Assembly (NCBI GenBank): GCA_013265495.1
Contig: MU058665.1
Location: forward strand, 1-57,049
DNA from: Vicugna vicugna
Lineage: Eukaryota
Direction of reading: 5' to 3'
Length of the DNA stretch: 57,049 bases
The stretch's first letter is position 1, and each line of letters opens with the position of its first letter. Shown one piece after another: positions 12,970 to 26,294 of the stretch. A program made the translations under genes and the position numbers. The notes below the pieces were generated by a model. The model ran no database searches. It was not told the DNA's origin and saw nothing but the letters and a program-made list of their open reading frames with translations.

Positions 12970-14520
12970 CTCTATTCACAATAGACAGTGTATGGAAACA
13001 AACTAGATGTCTGCTGATTGATGAATAAATAATGAAAATTTGATGCATGCATATAATGAAATATTATTCAGTCTTTAAAAAGGAAACATTGCCCTCTTTA
13101 ACATGGATGGAACAATTAGGATTAACCTTGATGACACTATGCTAAGTGAAATGAGCCATTCACAAAAGGACAAATACTGTATGATGTAAATGGTTACTTG
13201 AAGTATCATGTAAATGGTTATATGACTTATAGAATATAGTCAGACTCACGGAGAGTAGCATGGTGGTTGCTAGGGGCTGAGGCAGAAGGAAATGGGGATT
13301 GCTGATCAACAGGTATAAAGCTTCAGTTATACAAAATGAGTAAGTTCTGGACATTGCTGTATAACTTTGTGCCTATAGTTAACAGTACTGTATTAAGCAC
13401 TCGAAACTGTAAGAGGGTAGATCTCATGTTAAGTGTTCTTCCCACAGTAAAAAAGTTTCTCAGACACGTGGGAGCTGTATGAATTGTGAACTGCAGACCT
13501 ACACCAAAAGGTAACAGCAGGAATTAATGAAATAAATAGAAACACAATGGAAAAAAATCAACGAAACTAATGCTGATAATTTTAAGAGGATCAATAAAAT
13601 TGGAAAAAACAAACAAACCAAAAAACAAAATTCTAGCCAGACTGATAAGGAATAAAAAGAGAAAAGATACAGATTATCAATATCAACTATGGGACAGTGA
13701 CATTATGGCAATATTTACACATATTAAAAGATCAATATATCAAAATAATGAATAAAACATGTCAATAAACTCTACATAAATTGTGGATAAAAGATAGCAA
13801 GAGTTAATTAGAAGGTGGAAAAATTCTAAATGATAAAATAGAAAAACTTCTCAAAAGAAACAAAGTTTGGTCTTTGTTATAAAGAAATAGTCTGAATACT
13901 CCTCTATCTTGAAGAAATATAATTTGTAATTAAAAATTCTTCCTACAAAGGAAACCTCAGGCTCAGATGGCTTCACTGGTGAATTCTAAGTAGCACTGAA
14001 GGAAGAAATATTACCAATTCTACACAAAATCTTCCAGAAAACTGAAGAGGATGGAGTACTTTCCAAGTCATTGTATGAGGCTGGAATTTCCCTGATACCA
14101 AAACCAGACTAAGACATAACAAGATCACAGAGGTAAAGACAATGCTCCTAGATGCAAATGTAAATCCCTAACAAGCTCTTAGTAGTTTGAGTACAACAGC
14201 TTATACAAAGGGTAACACATCTTGCCCTAGTGGGATTTATCTAAGCTATGCAAGGTTGGTTTGTCACTCAAAAACAATACATTTTAACCACCATTTTAAC
14301 AGAGTGAAAAAAAATAATGTATTTGATTATCTCAGTAGATGAAGAAAAAAATTTGAGAAAAATCTAACATCTAATCCAAGCAAAAACCCTCAACAAGTTT
14401 GGAATAAAAATAAGTTTTCTCAGCCTAATAAAAGACATTTATGAAAATCACAATTAATACTAATTAAGTGGTTAAAGAAAAAAACCTGAATGTTCTTATC
14501 CCAAGATCAAGAGATGATCT
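12970..14520 (+). mobile_element. L1 3' end (12970-13455) and older L1 ORF2 fragment (13500-14520)
   Basis: caggctcagatggcttcactggtgaattct (ORF2 PDGFTGEF-like) and L1 3'UTR motifs. Confidence 0.85.
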
Positions 14521-14924
14521 CTTTAATGGGGGAAAATGTGAAAAAATTTAGGACAGGTTCACAAAACTTCGGTCTAGCCTCTAATAGACTGCAGGGGAAC
14601 GATCCTAATGACTTCCATGTCCCAGACAGTTATATAGCTCTGTAGAGGGTGCTTGGTTATGAGAGCCTTTGAATTGGGTCATAGTTTTTTTTAAGCCTAA
14701 ACTTAACTATTTTTGCAATAAAATGTGCAGTACAGTTTAACATTTTCTTTAAGAAATCCAGCCTTCCCCAGGGAAAGTAATAGTGTAACAGCTTAAGACT
14801 GGTAGTAAAGGGGAAAAGGGTTTTTTCAACTTTCTTGAACATAGAACACCCACGTTGGAAGAATCCTTGGCTTTAAAATGAGTCCTAATGTAGGAAAACC
14901 ACAACATAAATATATATTCCTCCT

Positions 14925-15252
14925 GGAGTCTTCTGAGAACTATTCGTATACACCAGCTTCCTTAATCAGGCAGGGGACAGAGTGGTTACTGGGAGCCCCA
15001 GAGAGACTGGAGCTGTGCTCTTCTGTGCAGGAGTGATATGGAGCTGGGGGCAACCCAGTGAGGAGGAAACTGGGGTAACAATATCAGAGTCTCACTTTTC
15101 TCTCTTTATCCTTGACTCTCCTTGGGAAACCTAAATAGGAAATGAGACAAGAAGATGCAGGTCACAGAAATCACCATCTCTACTTTGCAGAGAAGGGCAG
15201 AGAAGGCTGGAAAGTGGATCTGAATGATCAAACAGAAGCTAACCAGTATCAT
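14925..15252 (-). mobile_element. ERVL LTR (LTR33/LTR41-like), 3' LTR of the adjacent provirus remnant
   Basis: Minus strand begins tgatactgg...cagatccactttccagccttctctgcc and is preceded by a purine tract. Confidence 0.6.
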
Positions 15253-18250
15253 CTACACCTTTTGTTCTATTAGCATCCTTTCTAGTCTTTTGCTCAGGTG
15301 AAGTATGTAACTGGACAGAGTCCCAAGAACTGTAATATCCATACAGTCATGCTCCCACCTCAAATCCCAAGTGTGAGCCACCACCAGTGCTCTTTAAACA
15401 AGGTGGGGTAGCGGCAATGATGGAAAACAAACAACACGAAATACTACTGCTCCTGTCTCTTCTTCTACATCTTGTTCCAAGGTGCAAACAAATAATCAGA
15501 GCGACCTTCCCCATCATACTTTCCACATTTATTTCCCTTAGGCTCTGCCATGCCCTTAGTTGAACAGGCTTCTGTATTTGGTAATGTGATCCAGAAGTGT
15601 ATTCCTCTAGTATCTGGAGTCCATCAGCCAATATAGTTTCATAAGAAAGCACTAAGACATCGTCCTCCTTACCCCTGAAATTTAGTAACAACCCACTGTC
15701 CCTAGTGATCAGGTTCAATCATTCCAGCCAGTAACATAAGCCCCCTTTCTGCCTATTGACCAGATGAGATTAAAATGGGCAGGAGGCAGTGTTAGCTTCC
15801 AATTTAGTAGAACCAGGATGGTAATTCCAATATACTTCGATGGACACATTCTACTGTTGTGCACTTGGACTTTGAACTCAGTGAGAGCAAGAGAATGAAA
15901 AAATCAGTAAAATAAAAGTTGAGGCCACTCTAATCTACACATCTTAGTTCCAGAACATCTGCACTCTGGCTGTGAGAAAATGGTAGCACATGTCCATTAG
16001 TTTAAAATATATATGAATTTCTATAAAACAGCATACATAACTTAGTCTTAAACCAGACATTTCAAGTACATTAAGCAAGCTGCTTCTACATAATGAAACA
16101 TGTTAGAAAATTAGTGATTTTTGTAGCTATGAACCATTGTCATATTTCCCTTTGCTGTAAAATGGGGCCCTTGAAAGCAATGCTGTCTGGGAGAGATGGC
16201 AATAAATAGTTATTCTGGTTATAGGAAAATCCTCATGAAGCCAAATTTGAAGCCAGAGCTATATGAGCAGCTACTGTGGGAATCTGAACCATGTGTTCTT
16301 TGATTTGTTTATATTTTCTGGACACACTAAAACCCAATTTCATTTCTGCAGCTGACATTTTAAATTTCAGTACTACTGTGTGTGTCCAATGTGATGGCTC
16401 ATTTGATTAAATAATACCAAGCTTTTGATGGGGATTTGGGGTCACATAGTCACTTGGTGCCTTACAGTCAAGGATTCAGTCTCCACTGAGGCCTAATAGC
16501 TAAGTCAAGAGCCACTTTGCAAATGGAAGACAGTTGTTGCAAAATAAATCACATCCTTACTCTAAACTCTGGGGAGATCGGAGACTTGCCAAAGGCTCTA
16601 AACAGCATGTCTGTCTAAGCAAGACACTTCCACTAAAGAAGGGTCCACTGAGTCACGAAACTCAAGTAGGAGAAACAATTGCACCCCACCTGCACCTGCT
16701 GCAAAAGCTCTTTCTTGGCCCAGGCCCCCCTCCAAACTGTAAATGACTAAAGCAACCACTCAAACACTGCGTATATGTCCTCAAAATTTCACAGAAACTC
16801 ACCAACGATTATTCCTCTTTCTTTGTACTATTCAGCTCCAGGTGTAGAAACTTGCTCCTCCCTTTAGCAAGGATGCCCTGACATAGCAGTAGACTCTAGA
16901 AAGTTCAAGATTTAAGCATCTTGTCTTTCTTGTCGGTTTATCTCCCATCCTCTGGCAGGAGCATGTCTTAATAAGAAATCTAGAATGCTTGCCTCACCAG
17001 GTCCCCTCAGTACAATGTCTTTAATGTAACAAATGAACTGGATGTCCTGTCCTGGGGGATATCAAGATGATAAAGGAACCGCTTTAATGTATTTTAACTA
17101 GTTTAACAGGGGAGGTGACCTATTCCAAAGTTAAGACAGTAAAAATATACTCTTATCCCTGAAGAATGTTCTTTTCCTAGTAGACTGAACAACACTAAAA
17201 AAAAATTCTCATTTACAATTGGAGCTGTATCAAGATGCTCTGATAAACATATCACACCTGGAACTGTCTGATTATACCTGTGAAAAGGTATCATTCTTCC
17301 TAACTCCTCAGGCTTCTGCACTGGCCAAACAGCTGAGTTAAGCAGAGATGTGGTAGGAATCACCATCCTTGCATCTTTCCAGACTGCACAGCAGTCTGCA
17401 GTTCCTCCAGGGATGCTTCACTGGTTGGTGGAAGTTCTGGATGGAGATGGTTCCAGAGGCCTCCTCTTGGCCTTGTCTACCATCTTTGCCCTTCATTAGT
17501 CAGGACCATTCGAACAAAGGAATGCTTGTTACTATACTTGCCACTTTACACCATGGGGGTGGAGAAATCACCAAAGGATGTGTCTGAAATTCCAGTGACC
17601 ACTTCCCTCTCATCACAGTGGGATGCAGGTGCCTCAGAGGAAGTCTTCAGGAAAGCTTCACAGAATGTAACAGTGGTCGTAGTTCAGCGTTCTCTTTCAA
17701 AATGACCCAGGTTAAGGGATTCCAGCTCTGTATACCAACATATGTCCGGAAACTAGGCTACTTAGGTTTTTTCCCTTGTAGTTGTCAAGCACAGTATGCT
17801 ACAAGCTGTCCCCTTCTTTCCCCTTCAGGAATCCATGATGAAGTCAACATGTTCACCTGCTCCTGAGAGTCAAGTCCTCCGCCCTCATGATGAATTGAAC
17901 ATATCATATCATTGATAGTTAAGCACTGATATGGCCTCTTCCACCCTGGAATCCATTATGCCCATAAGATCAAAAAACCCATTTCTATTCCAGCATCATC
18001 TTGAGCCTGCAGACCACAGGCCACTAGAGAGATTTTCAAGGACGTGGATGCACCCTCACCAACACTTATCCGCATGCTGGGTGAAGGGAGTTTCCTTTGG
18101 GCTCTTCTAGGTTGGGGCATAAGTTGGGAATGGCGGAGCCAAGTAGATGGCAGATTCGACGGCCCCACTTCCAAGAACGTTCAGACTCCTTCCTCTGTGG
18201 TCCACCAGGGAGGCTGCAGCATTTCAACCACAATGACTATAGGCTACTTC
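15253..18250 (-). mobile_element. Degenerate ERVL internal region (gag-pol remnant)
   Basis: ORF 17103-17366 VIPTTSLLNSAVWPVQKP resembles the ERVL reverse transcriptase N-terminus (VIPTTSPFNSPIWPVQK); gag-like sequence at about 17900-18250. Confidence 0.8.
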
Positions 18251-18594
18251 TAAGCCCTGGCTTCCGTGTTTGGGCAGTCAACATTTGTGGCTTCTCCTCT
18301 TTGTCTAAACAAATAGTACTAAATCTTCTAGTTTTGCTGTGTGAAGTAATCGGTTATGTACCATTTTTACTGGGCTGTTCACTAAATCTAGACTTTGTAA
18401 TAAAATCCATGCTTTTCTGCTTTGTGACAGTTTGCACGGCAGCATCTGCACAACTCATGCCAAGGACTTTCAAGCACTCACTTCTCTCTGACTTTCTTTG
18501 TCTTACACGTTTTGCTTCTATTATGTGGGTTGAGGGATTATGCCTTTAAAAGTGTCATTTTCTCCTCGGGTGACTTTCATAGAAGACATTTTCA
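18240..18594 (-). pseudogene. Relic A probable last visible exon: ENVFYESHPRRK*HF*RHNPSTHIIEAKRVRQRKSERSECLKVLGMSCADAAVQTVTKQKSMDF...
   Basis: Strong pyrimidine tract ccttcctttctccttccttattaag; long near-open frame running into the ERVL remnant. Confidence 0.6.
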
Positions 18595-19113
18595 CTTAAT
18601 AAGGAAGGAGAAAGGAAGGCAAGGATGCAAATATGTTTAAACAAGATGTGGCTGTATAGGAAAAGGAGCCAAGCTGACGGCGGTGTGCTCTGCCATCTCT
18701 TACCAGGATTGAAACATGATTCAAATGTTTTGGCTAGCTTGTAGATTTGTTAGAGTAGATTTTTCTTTCAGATAGTGAAAAAACTGTACGTCCTCATACT
18801 GAAGATCCAAAGACTAAAAGACACTTGCAACTAGGAGGCTCTGGGACAGAAATCACTGAAATCTACCACTAGCATTATGACATCACTATTTACGGTCCTG
18901 TTTGATACACCAGGCTTGTTAACGTGGGAACTGACTCCTGTTTACCTCCTCTCCCCCACTCCCCACCCCGTAACTAAGAAAAATTATTGTAGACATGTCC
19001 CAGAATATTAAATCAATTAAAGCTCATCTGAAGTATGAAAGTAAGTTTAACTTTGAAGAGCGAAAATAGTAAAAGAAATTTAAAACAGCGTATTTTTCCA
19101 TATATATATTTAG

Positions 19114-19216
19114 CTTCTTGATTGCATATGAATGGAAGGCTGAGAAAATTTGGGAATTCCCATATCCAATCAAAGTCAACAAAGTTTTTGAGCAGAAGCA
19201 GGTCTTAAATATAATT
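19114..19216 (-). pseudogene. Relic A exon: ELYLRPASAQKLC*L*LDMGIPKFSQPSIHMQSR
   Basis: Acceptor ttttgctttcttggccag; decayed donor AAG|ctaaat; 103 bp, phase 1>2. Confidence 0.5.
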
Positions 19217-19360
19217 CTGGCCAAGAAAGCAAAATCGAATTCATTGTATTAAAAACTGTGTGAATATAGACGGTTAACAAAGGGAAGACAATGTGTGAAG
19301 CTTAGAGCTAAGTGAACTAAGTAGGGAAAGCCAGAAGAAGAACTTCCCACATTTATTTAG

Positions 19361-20044
19361 CACTACCTAAATAAGAGTGGAATTGGAAACAAGAATATTC
19401 TGATCCTGAAACATCTGAGGTCTGCTCTGAGACGGAAAAAAAGTCCATCAAGTGTTGTTATGGGCCAGAGAAAGAGCCCCTTGAAAATTGTGCTGGTTTT
19501 TCGTTCACTACGCAAGGAATGCCTTGCAAATCTCCCAGACAAATGCCACCTCACTGGCTTCTTGTTAGGAGATATTACAGAAAATGCCCTTTTCATAGCC
19601 CCTGGCACTCATGCTGTAATTAGGAACACCATAATCCAGAGTTTGTTGGTTAACCTGGCAGCAAGACAACTGAATTCTATCCCAAATACTGTCAGAAGAA
19701 GGCACACTGGGCTCTGAAGTGGATTTACAATTCTGTCCTATGAAGCTGAAATTCACAAGGCTGGAAGATCTTTACTCCTTTTTGTCTAAAATTAGGTCTG
19801 CAGGTGGAAGCTCCAGAAAAAGCTGATACAATAGAACAATCTCTGTCTTTAATCCTTAGCCTTAAGAGATCTATGTCACTTTGGGAAGCAAGATTACATG
19901 AACCCCCAAGGGTGCCCATTGTTCAGAGCCTGTACAACACTCATCACCCCCCACCTTTCTCCTTGATTAAGGAAATCTGATTCACCCTGGAAAGCAGGTG
20001 CAGATCCTCAGGCTCAGGGAAATTATGGCCCTTTGCTGGTTCTA
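19361..20044 (+). pseudogene. Relic B large exon (684 bp): LPK*EWNWKQEYSDPETSEVCSETEKKSIKCCYGPEKEPLENC...GKLWPFAGS
   Basis: Acceptor catttatttag; donor gtaaat; six stops in about 227 codons with no frameshift needed; no repeat recognised. Confidence 0.5.
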
Positions 20045-20765
20045 GTAAATAACTCAAGATGAGTCAAAGCTGACCATGACAATAGTTGTCCCCTTTTCCA
20101 TGTATTTTCCCAAGCTGTCTTAATAGTATGCTTAACCATGGAACTTAGGTTCCAGATAAAATGACACAAAAGGGAATTCTACCAGGGAAATTTGGGGAGA
20201 GATTCTGCAGATAAACAGCCATAAACTTCAGAAAGAAAAGGGCATTTTCCCCAGATCTTTCTTTTTAGCTTAAGATGTTGGGATGGAGAAGTGATGCCTG
20301 GAGCTGTGACAGCTATCTAGCAAGATACCTTGCAACTATTTTGAACTATCTTCCTTTATTATTTTTGCTTTTGGCTTTATTTATGCATGCTTTCCACAAC
20401 ATGCATATATTTATGTATAATATAATCATGACATTATATGGATGCTTGAAGCCTAATGCATTATGCCCTTGTCGAAATACAATAGACAAATATTTTACAG
20501 ACGTAATACATGTCCTATATATTCAACGTAATGTGTTATATTAATAGACACACAGGGGTATTTCTGGGATTATTGCAACACGTTTGGCAAATAAATCCAA
20601 TTAGATTCATACCTCTCACCACATATAAAAATAAATTTCAGCTAGATTTAAAACCTGGAGGTAGTACATACAATGGTAGAAGGAGAATGCAGCTGTATAC
20701 ACGGGCATCACCCATATGCAGCCAGCACAGTGTTGACCTGGCTCAGGTTTAGAGCAGTACCTCAC

Positions 20766-20974
20766 CTGAAATTCTAGGAAATCCCCACTGGGACCTCTAA
20801 CCCAATCACATGCAGCTCTGATTATGTCCTAATCTCATCATCACAATAAATGGATACTGGAGGCCTCATCCATCATGCCCTTGCTGGAAAAATCACGATT
20901 ACAAGCACCACACTTTATGCCCATATTTTTGTGAACATGAGCTAGCTTTCGCATAGCAGAGGTCACATATTCCA
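20766..20974 (-). pseudogene. Relic A exon: CGICDLCYAKASSCSQKYGHKVWCL*S*FFQQGHDG*GLQYPFIVMMRLGHNQSCM*LG*RSQWGFPRIS
   Basis: Acceptor tttatgtttctcag; strong donor CAG|gtgagg; 209 bp, phase 2>1; five stops. Confidence 0.55.
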
Positions 20975-21127
20975 CTGAGAAACATAAATTTTGTAATAAA
21001 ATCATTTCATTACATTTCTAGAGTTAAAAAATAATATAGTAATTGAAAAATTCTAATAAAAGGAAGGAGTTGGCTTCATGTCATATGACTAAGTTTTGTA
21101 CAGTGCAATGTATTTCATTATTGGTAC

Positions 21128-21230
21128 CAGCTTCCCAGAAAATGGTCAACAGACAGTGGATGTGGTGCTGGAGCATGGAAGCCAGAATAAGCTACAATGT
21201 TGGGACAGGTTTTTCTAATGACTTCATATC
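21128..21230 (-). pseudogene. Relic A exon: GYEVIRKTCPNIVAYSGFHAPAPHPLSVDHFLGS
   Basis: Acceptor gccttttacag; donor gtacca; 103 bp fully open, phase 1>2. Confidence 0.6.
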
Positions 21231-21855
21231 CTGTAAAAGGCATTAATTTTCAAGAGAGTGATTAAGGTTTGCTTTTTGATGTACCATTATGTCTAATTTG
21301 TTTTATGCTCCAGCAGTGAAAATTAGTTTCCTCCCTCCAATTTAGGTGGCAAACACAAATGAATATTCAAGTTAAAAAAAAAAACTCATTGGTTTAATTT
21401 GACCATTCTCTGCTTCACCATAGAAGTACATACTTTATTTTGAACTAACTGGGTAGAAATAATAACAGGTCTTGAAAGCACTGTAATTTATTCAGCTCCA
21501 AAAAAATAAATGACTCTTGGGAAAATGTTACCCATCTCATTCCAGAAAGACTAGGGTCAGCGTACCGAGGAGAAGTCACAGCGATTGTAGTATTTATAAA
21601 CTATTGGCTTGATATGACCATGAACCTAATTAATTATTTCTCACGAGGAAGAGGCAGGAAGCTTGGATTGCTAAGATAAGAAAACTCATTACGTCTAATA
21701 AAATTAGGTCTGAAAAATTCTCGTTCAGTTGTGTGTATGTATACATTTTTGTGAATAATCAAGTTCAGACTCATTGTCAGAGAGCTGAAGGAATTTGTGG
21801 AGTCAAAGGTCTGAAGAATTTTTATTTATGCTGTGAGTTTCCTTTCGTATCTAAT

Positions 21856-22566
21856 GAGTGGGTAAAACTTTGGTAAAACATAAGATTAAAATCCTCATTA
21901 TTAATATCAATTATACATTTTCAGAGGCCAGCTTTCAAATCTTCACCAGTCTGGGGAACTTATTCTCTTCATTTGGGAACGAAACAAAAAGCTCTCGCTT
22001 CGGCAAGAGTATTCACACCCTGAAAACCAGGAGCAGTGACACCTCAGTCTAACACGGTACCAGGATTCATTCAGGAGGCATGAGATGTAATGTGATGTAA
22101 GGTGATTGACTCAACATGGTGAGATCTACTTTAATAAGTGGAAGTTTCCGGGAGAGAGAGGATAGGCCTGTGGATGAAAAATACAAAATCTGAAATTGAA
22201 CCCACCTCTGAGAGTGGGTAAAACTTTGGTAAAACATAAGATTAAAATCCTCATTATTAATATCAATTATACATTTTCAGAGGCCAGTTTTCAAATCTTC
22301 ACCAGTCTGGGGAACTTATTCTCTTCTTTTGGAAACGAAACAAAAAGCTCTCGCTACGGCAAGAGTATTCACACCCTGAAAACCAGGAGCAGTGACACCT
22401 CAGTCTAACACGGTACCAGGATTCATTCAGGAGGCATGAGATGTAATGTGATGTAAGGTGATTGACTCAACATGGTGAGATCTACTTTAATAAGTGGAAG
22501 TTTCCGGGAGAGAGAGGATAGGCCTGTGGATGAAAAATACAAAATCTGAAATTGAACCCACCTCTG
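21856..22566. repeat. Tandem duplication of a 356-bp unit nested in the first 2.4-kb copy
   Basis: gagtgggtaaaactttgg starts at 21856 and 22212; few substitutions. Confidence 0.97.
21925..22056 (+). pseudogene. Relic B exon: EASFQIFTSLGNLFSSFGNETKSSRFGKSIHTLKTRSSDTSV*H (three copies)
   Basis: Acceptor acattttcag; donor G|gtacca; 132 bp, phase 1>1; copies at 22281-22412 and 24649-24780. Confidence 0.5.
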
Positions 22567-23029
22567 GGCTGCACGGGAGAACTGACGCCTTACGGGCAAG
22601 ATACCTAGTTCTGCCACTGACATTATTTTGTTTCTCAAATAAGCCAGTTCATTATCCTTGATTCAGATCTGTTTGTGTGTACTCTGCGATGGTGACTTTC
22701 AAATGTGATTCCCAGACAAGTGATGGATGGAGGCAAAACTTCCACCATTTCTTGGGAAGTAAGGAGAAGAAAAAATATGAACTTTCAAAAAGTTACACTT
22801 ATTTTGGTTATACAACTCCTTTTAATCTGAGATAATATTTTTTCAGTTATAAATTGTGATGATATACATAATGGTAGTGTGTAAGCCCCCAGTAAACATC
22901 TGGGAAATACAAGTCTAAGTAAAGATTAGATTGGTAATTTTGAGAAGCTGAAGTAGGATTGATAGACGTTGCTGCCAAAAAAAGAGTTGCTATTTTTTGC
23001 TTCTTATGGTCGAGAAATAGTATTTTTGT

Positions 23030-24078
23030 CTGTTATACCAATTCAGGTGAGGAAAGTCTTTAAGGCAGAAAGAAAATGATAATAAATGAAATTCTAAATC
23101 TACACAAAAGAATTAAAAGCACTAGAAGTATTCATTACGTGGGCAAATATAAATGTTTTGCGCGTCTGGGCAATAAAACAGATCTCAATAAATTCAAATT
23201 AAAAGATACGCTCAACAGAATGAATAGACAATAACTAGGATAAAATATTAGCACATTTCATATGTCAGAAAGGACTTGTCTCCAAAGTTTACAAAGAATT
23301 CTCAAAACTCTAAAACAAGAAAACCACCAATTAAAAAAATGGGCACACATTTTGATTAGACACTTCACTAAAGAATAAACATGGAAAGCAAATAAGCACA
23401 TGAAATGATGTTTAACATCGTTAGTCATCAGGGAAATGCAAATGCAAATTAAAAGAACAGCAACATGTCAGTACACATCTATTGGAATGCATAAATTAAA
23501 AACTCTGACCACGTTAAGCGTTAGCAATGAGTGGGAAAACTGGAGGTCTCACACCCTGTTTCTGGGAATGTGCATCCCCTTTGGAACACAGTTTGGCAAT
23601 TTCTTAAAAAGTTACACAGACACCAACCATAGGACCCAGACTCTAGTCCTAGTTATCTGCCCAAGAGACATGAAAGCATATGGCTGTACAAAGACTTGGA
23701 CGTGAATGTTCAAGGCAGCCGTGTCTGTAGTAACAGCCAAAACCTGGAAGCAACCCAAATGTGCACAGGCAGATAAAATACACAAACAAGTGTATAATTG
23801 CTCTTTTCAATTTCTAGAGGCCCCTCCACTCCTCAGCTCAGGCCCCTGTGTCACATCCCTCCGACCTGTGCTTCTATTACCACATCTCCTTTAACTCTGA
23901 CTATTCTGTCTTCTTATACAGAACCTCATGTGCATCCATATGACCCAGAATAAGCCTCCCACCAAACATCATTCACTTAATGACACCTGAAGAGCTCCTT
24001 TGGACACATAAGACCGTATGTTCACAGGTGTTGGGGATTAGGATGGGAACACCTGCAGGGCCCATCGTTCTGTCTACA
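23030..24078. mobile_element. Old L1 fragments plus a MaLR (MLT1-like) LTR piece; duplicated at about 25400-26445
   Basis: L1 ORF2 C-terminus-like REMQMQIKRT; MLT1-like ttggggattaggatgggaacacc. Confidence 0.75.
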
Positions 24079-26294
24079 GTTGGCTCCAACTAAACCAGCG
24101 CCCTCACTTTTCAGGTGAAAAAAGGACAGAGTCTTTGTGACTCATAAGGGTCACCAGAGCAGTTTAATGGCAGAGCCTGGAATGCAGACAGCTTGTACAG
24201 CTATCAGGGAAATTATCTTTCCATGACCAAGACTAATTCTAGAGAAATATAAGTCTTCTAATGTTTTCCCAAGACTAGGGTCAGCGTACCGAGGAGAAGT
24301 CACAGCGATTGTAGTATTTATAAACTATTGGCTTGATATGACCATGAACCTAATTAATTATTTCTCACGAGGAAGAGGCAGGAAGCTTGGATTGCTAAGA
24401 AAACTCAACCAATTACGTCTAATAAAATTAGGTCTGAAAAATTCTCGTTCAGTTGTGTGTATGTATACATTTTTGTGAATAATCAAGTTCAGACTCATTG
24501 TCAGAGAGCTGAAGGAATTTGTGGAGTCAAAGGTCTGAAGAATTTTTATTTATGCTGTGAGTTTCCTTTCGTATCTAATGAGTGGGTAAAACTTTGGTAA
24601 AACATAAGATTAAAATCCTCATTATTAATATCAATTATACATTTTCAGAGGCCAGCTTTCAAATCTTCACCAGTCTGGGGAACTTATTCTCTTCATTTGG
24701 GAACGAAACAAAAAGCTCTCGCTTCGGCAAGAGTATTCACACCCTGAAAACCAGGAGCAGTGACACCTCAGTCTAACACGGTACCAGGATTCATTCAGGA
24801 GGCATGAGATGTAATGTGATGTAAGGTGATTGACTCAACATGGTGAGATCTACTTTAATAAGTGGAAGTTTCCGGGAGAGAGAGGATAGGCCTGTGGATG
24901 AAAAATACAAAATCTGAAATTGAACCCACCTCTGGGCTGCACGGGAGAACTGACGCCTTACGGGCAAGATACCTAGTTCTGCCACTGACATTATTTTGTT
25001 TCTCAAATAAGCCAGTTCATTATCCTTGATTCAGATCTGTTTGTGTGTACTCTGCGATGGTGACTTTCAAATGTGATTCCCAGACAAGTGATGGATGGAG
25101 GCAAAACTTCCACCATTTCTTGGGAAGTAAGGAGAAGAAAAAATATGAACTTTCAAAAAGTTACACTTATTTTGGTTATACAACTCCTTTTAATCTGAGA
25201 TAATATTTTTTCAGTTATAAATTGTGATGATATACATAATGGTAGTGTGTAAGCCCCCAGTAAACATCTGGGAAATACAAGTCTAAGTAAAGATTAGATT
25301 GGTAATTTTGAGAAGCTGAAGTAGGATTGATAGACGTTGCTGCCAAAAAAAGAGTTGCTATTTTTTGCTTCTTATGGTCGAGAAATAGTATTTTTGTCTG
25401 TTATACCAATTCAGGTGAGGAAAGTCTTTAAGGCAGAAAGAAAATGATAATAAATGAAATTCTAAATCTACACAAAAGAATTAAAAGCACTAGAAGTATT
25501 CATTACGTGGGCAAATAAAATTTTTTGCGCATCTGGGCAATGAAACAGATCTCAATAAATTCAAATTAAAAGATACGCTCAACAGAATGAATAGACAATA
25601 ACTAGGATAAAATATTAGCACATTTCATATGTCAGAAAGGACTTGTCTCCAGAGTTTACAAAGAATTCTCAATACTCTAAAACAAGAAAACCACCAATTA
25701 AAAAAATGGGCACACATTTTGATTAGACACTTCACTAAAGAATAAACATGGAAAGCAAATAAGCACATGAAATGATGTTTAACATCGTTAGTCATCAGGG
25801 AAATGCAAATGCAAATTAAAAGAACAGCAACATGTCAGTACACATCTATTGGAATGCATAAATTAAAAACTCTGACCACGTTAAGCGTTAGCAATGAGTG
25901 GGAAAACTGGAGGTCTCACACCCTGCTTTTGGGAATGTGCATCCCCTCTGGAACACAGTTTGGCAATTTCTTAAAAAGTTACACAGACACCAACCATAGG
26001 ACCCAGACTCTAGTCCTAGTTATCTGCCCAAGAGACATGAAAGCATATGGCTGTACAAAGACTTGGACGTGAATGTTCAAGGCAGCCGTGTCTGTAGTAA
26101 CAGCCAAAACCTGGAAGCAACCCAAATGTGCACAGGCAGATAAAATACACAAACAAGTGTATAATTGCTCTTTTCAATTTCTAGAGGCCCCTCCACTCCT
26201 CAGCTCAGGCCCCTGTGTCACATCCCTCCGACCTGTGCTTCTATTACCACATCTCCTTTAACTCTGACTATTCTGTCTTCTTATACAGAACCTC

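Noticed and set aside
17103..17366. Domesticated retroviral reverse transcriptase gene
   Set aside because: The frame is short, internally deleted and disrupted; it is an ordinary decayed ERVL pol.
18097..18549. 150-aa hydrophobic plus-strand ORF as a membrane protein
   Set aside because: It is the antisense shadow of the relic A exon plus ERVL sequence, with no supporting gene structure.
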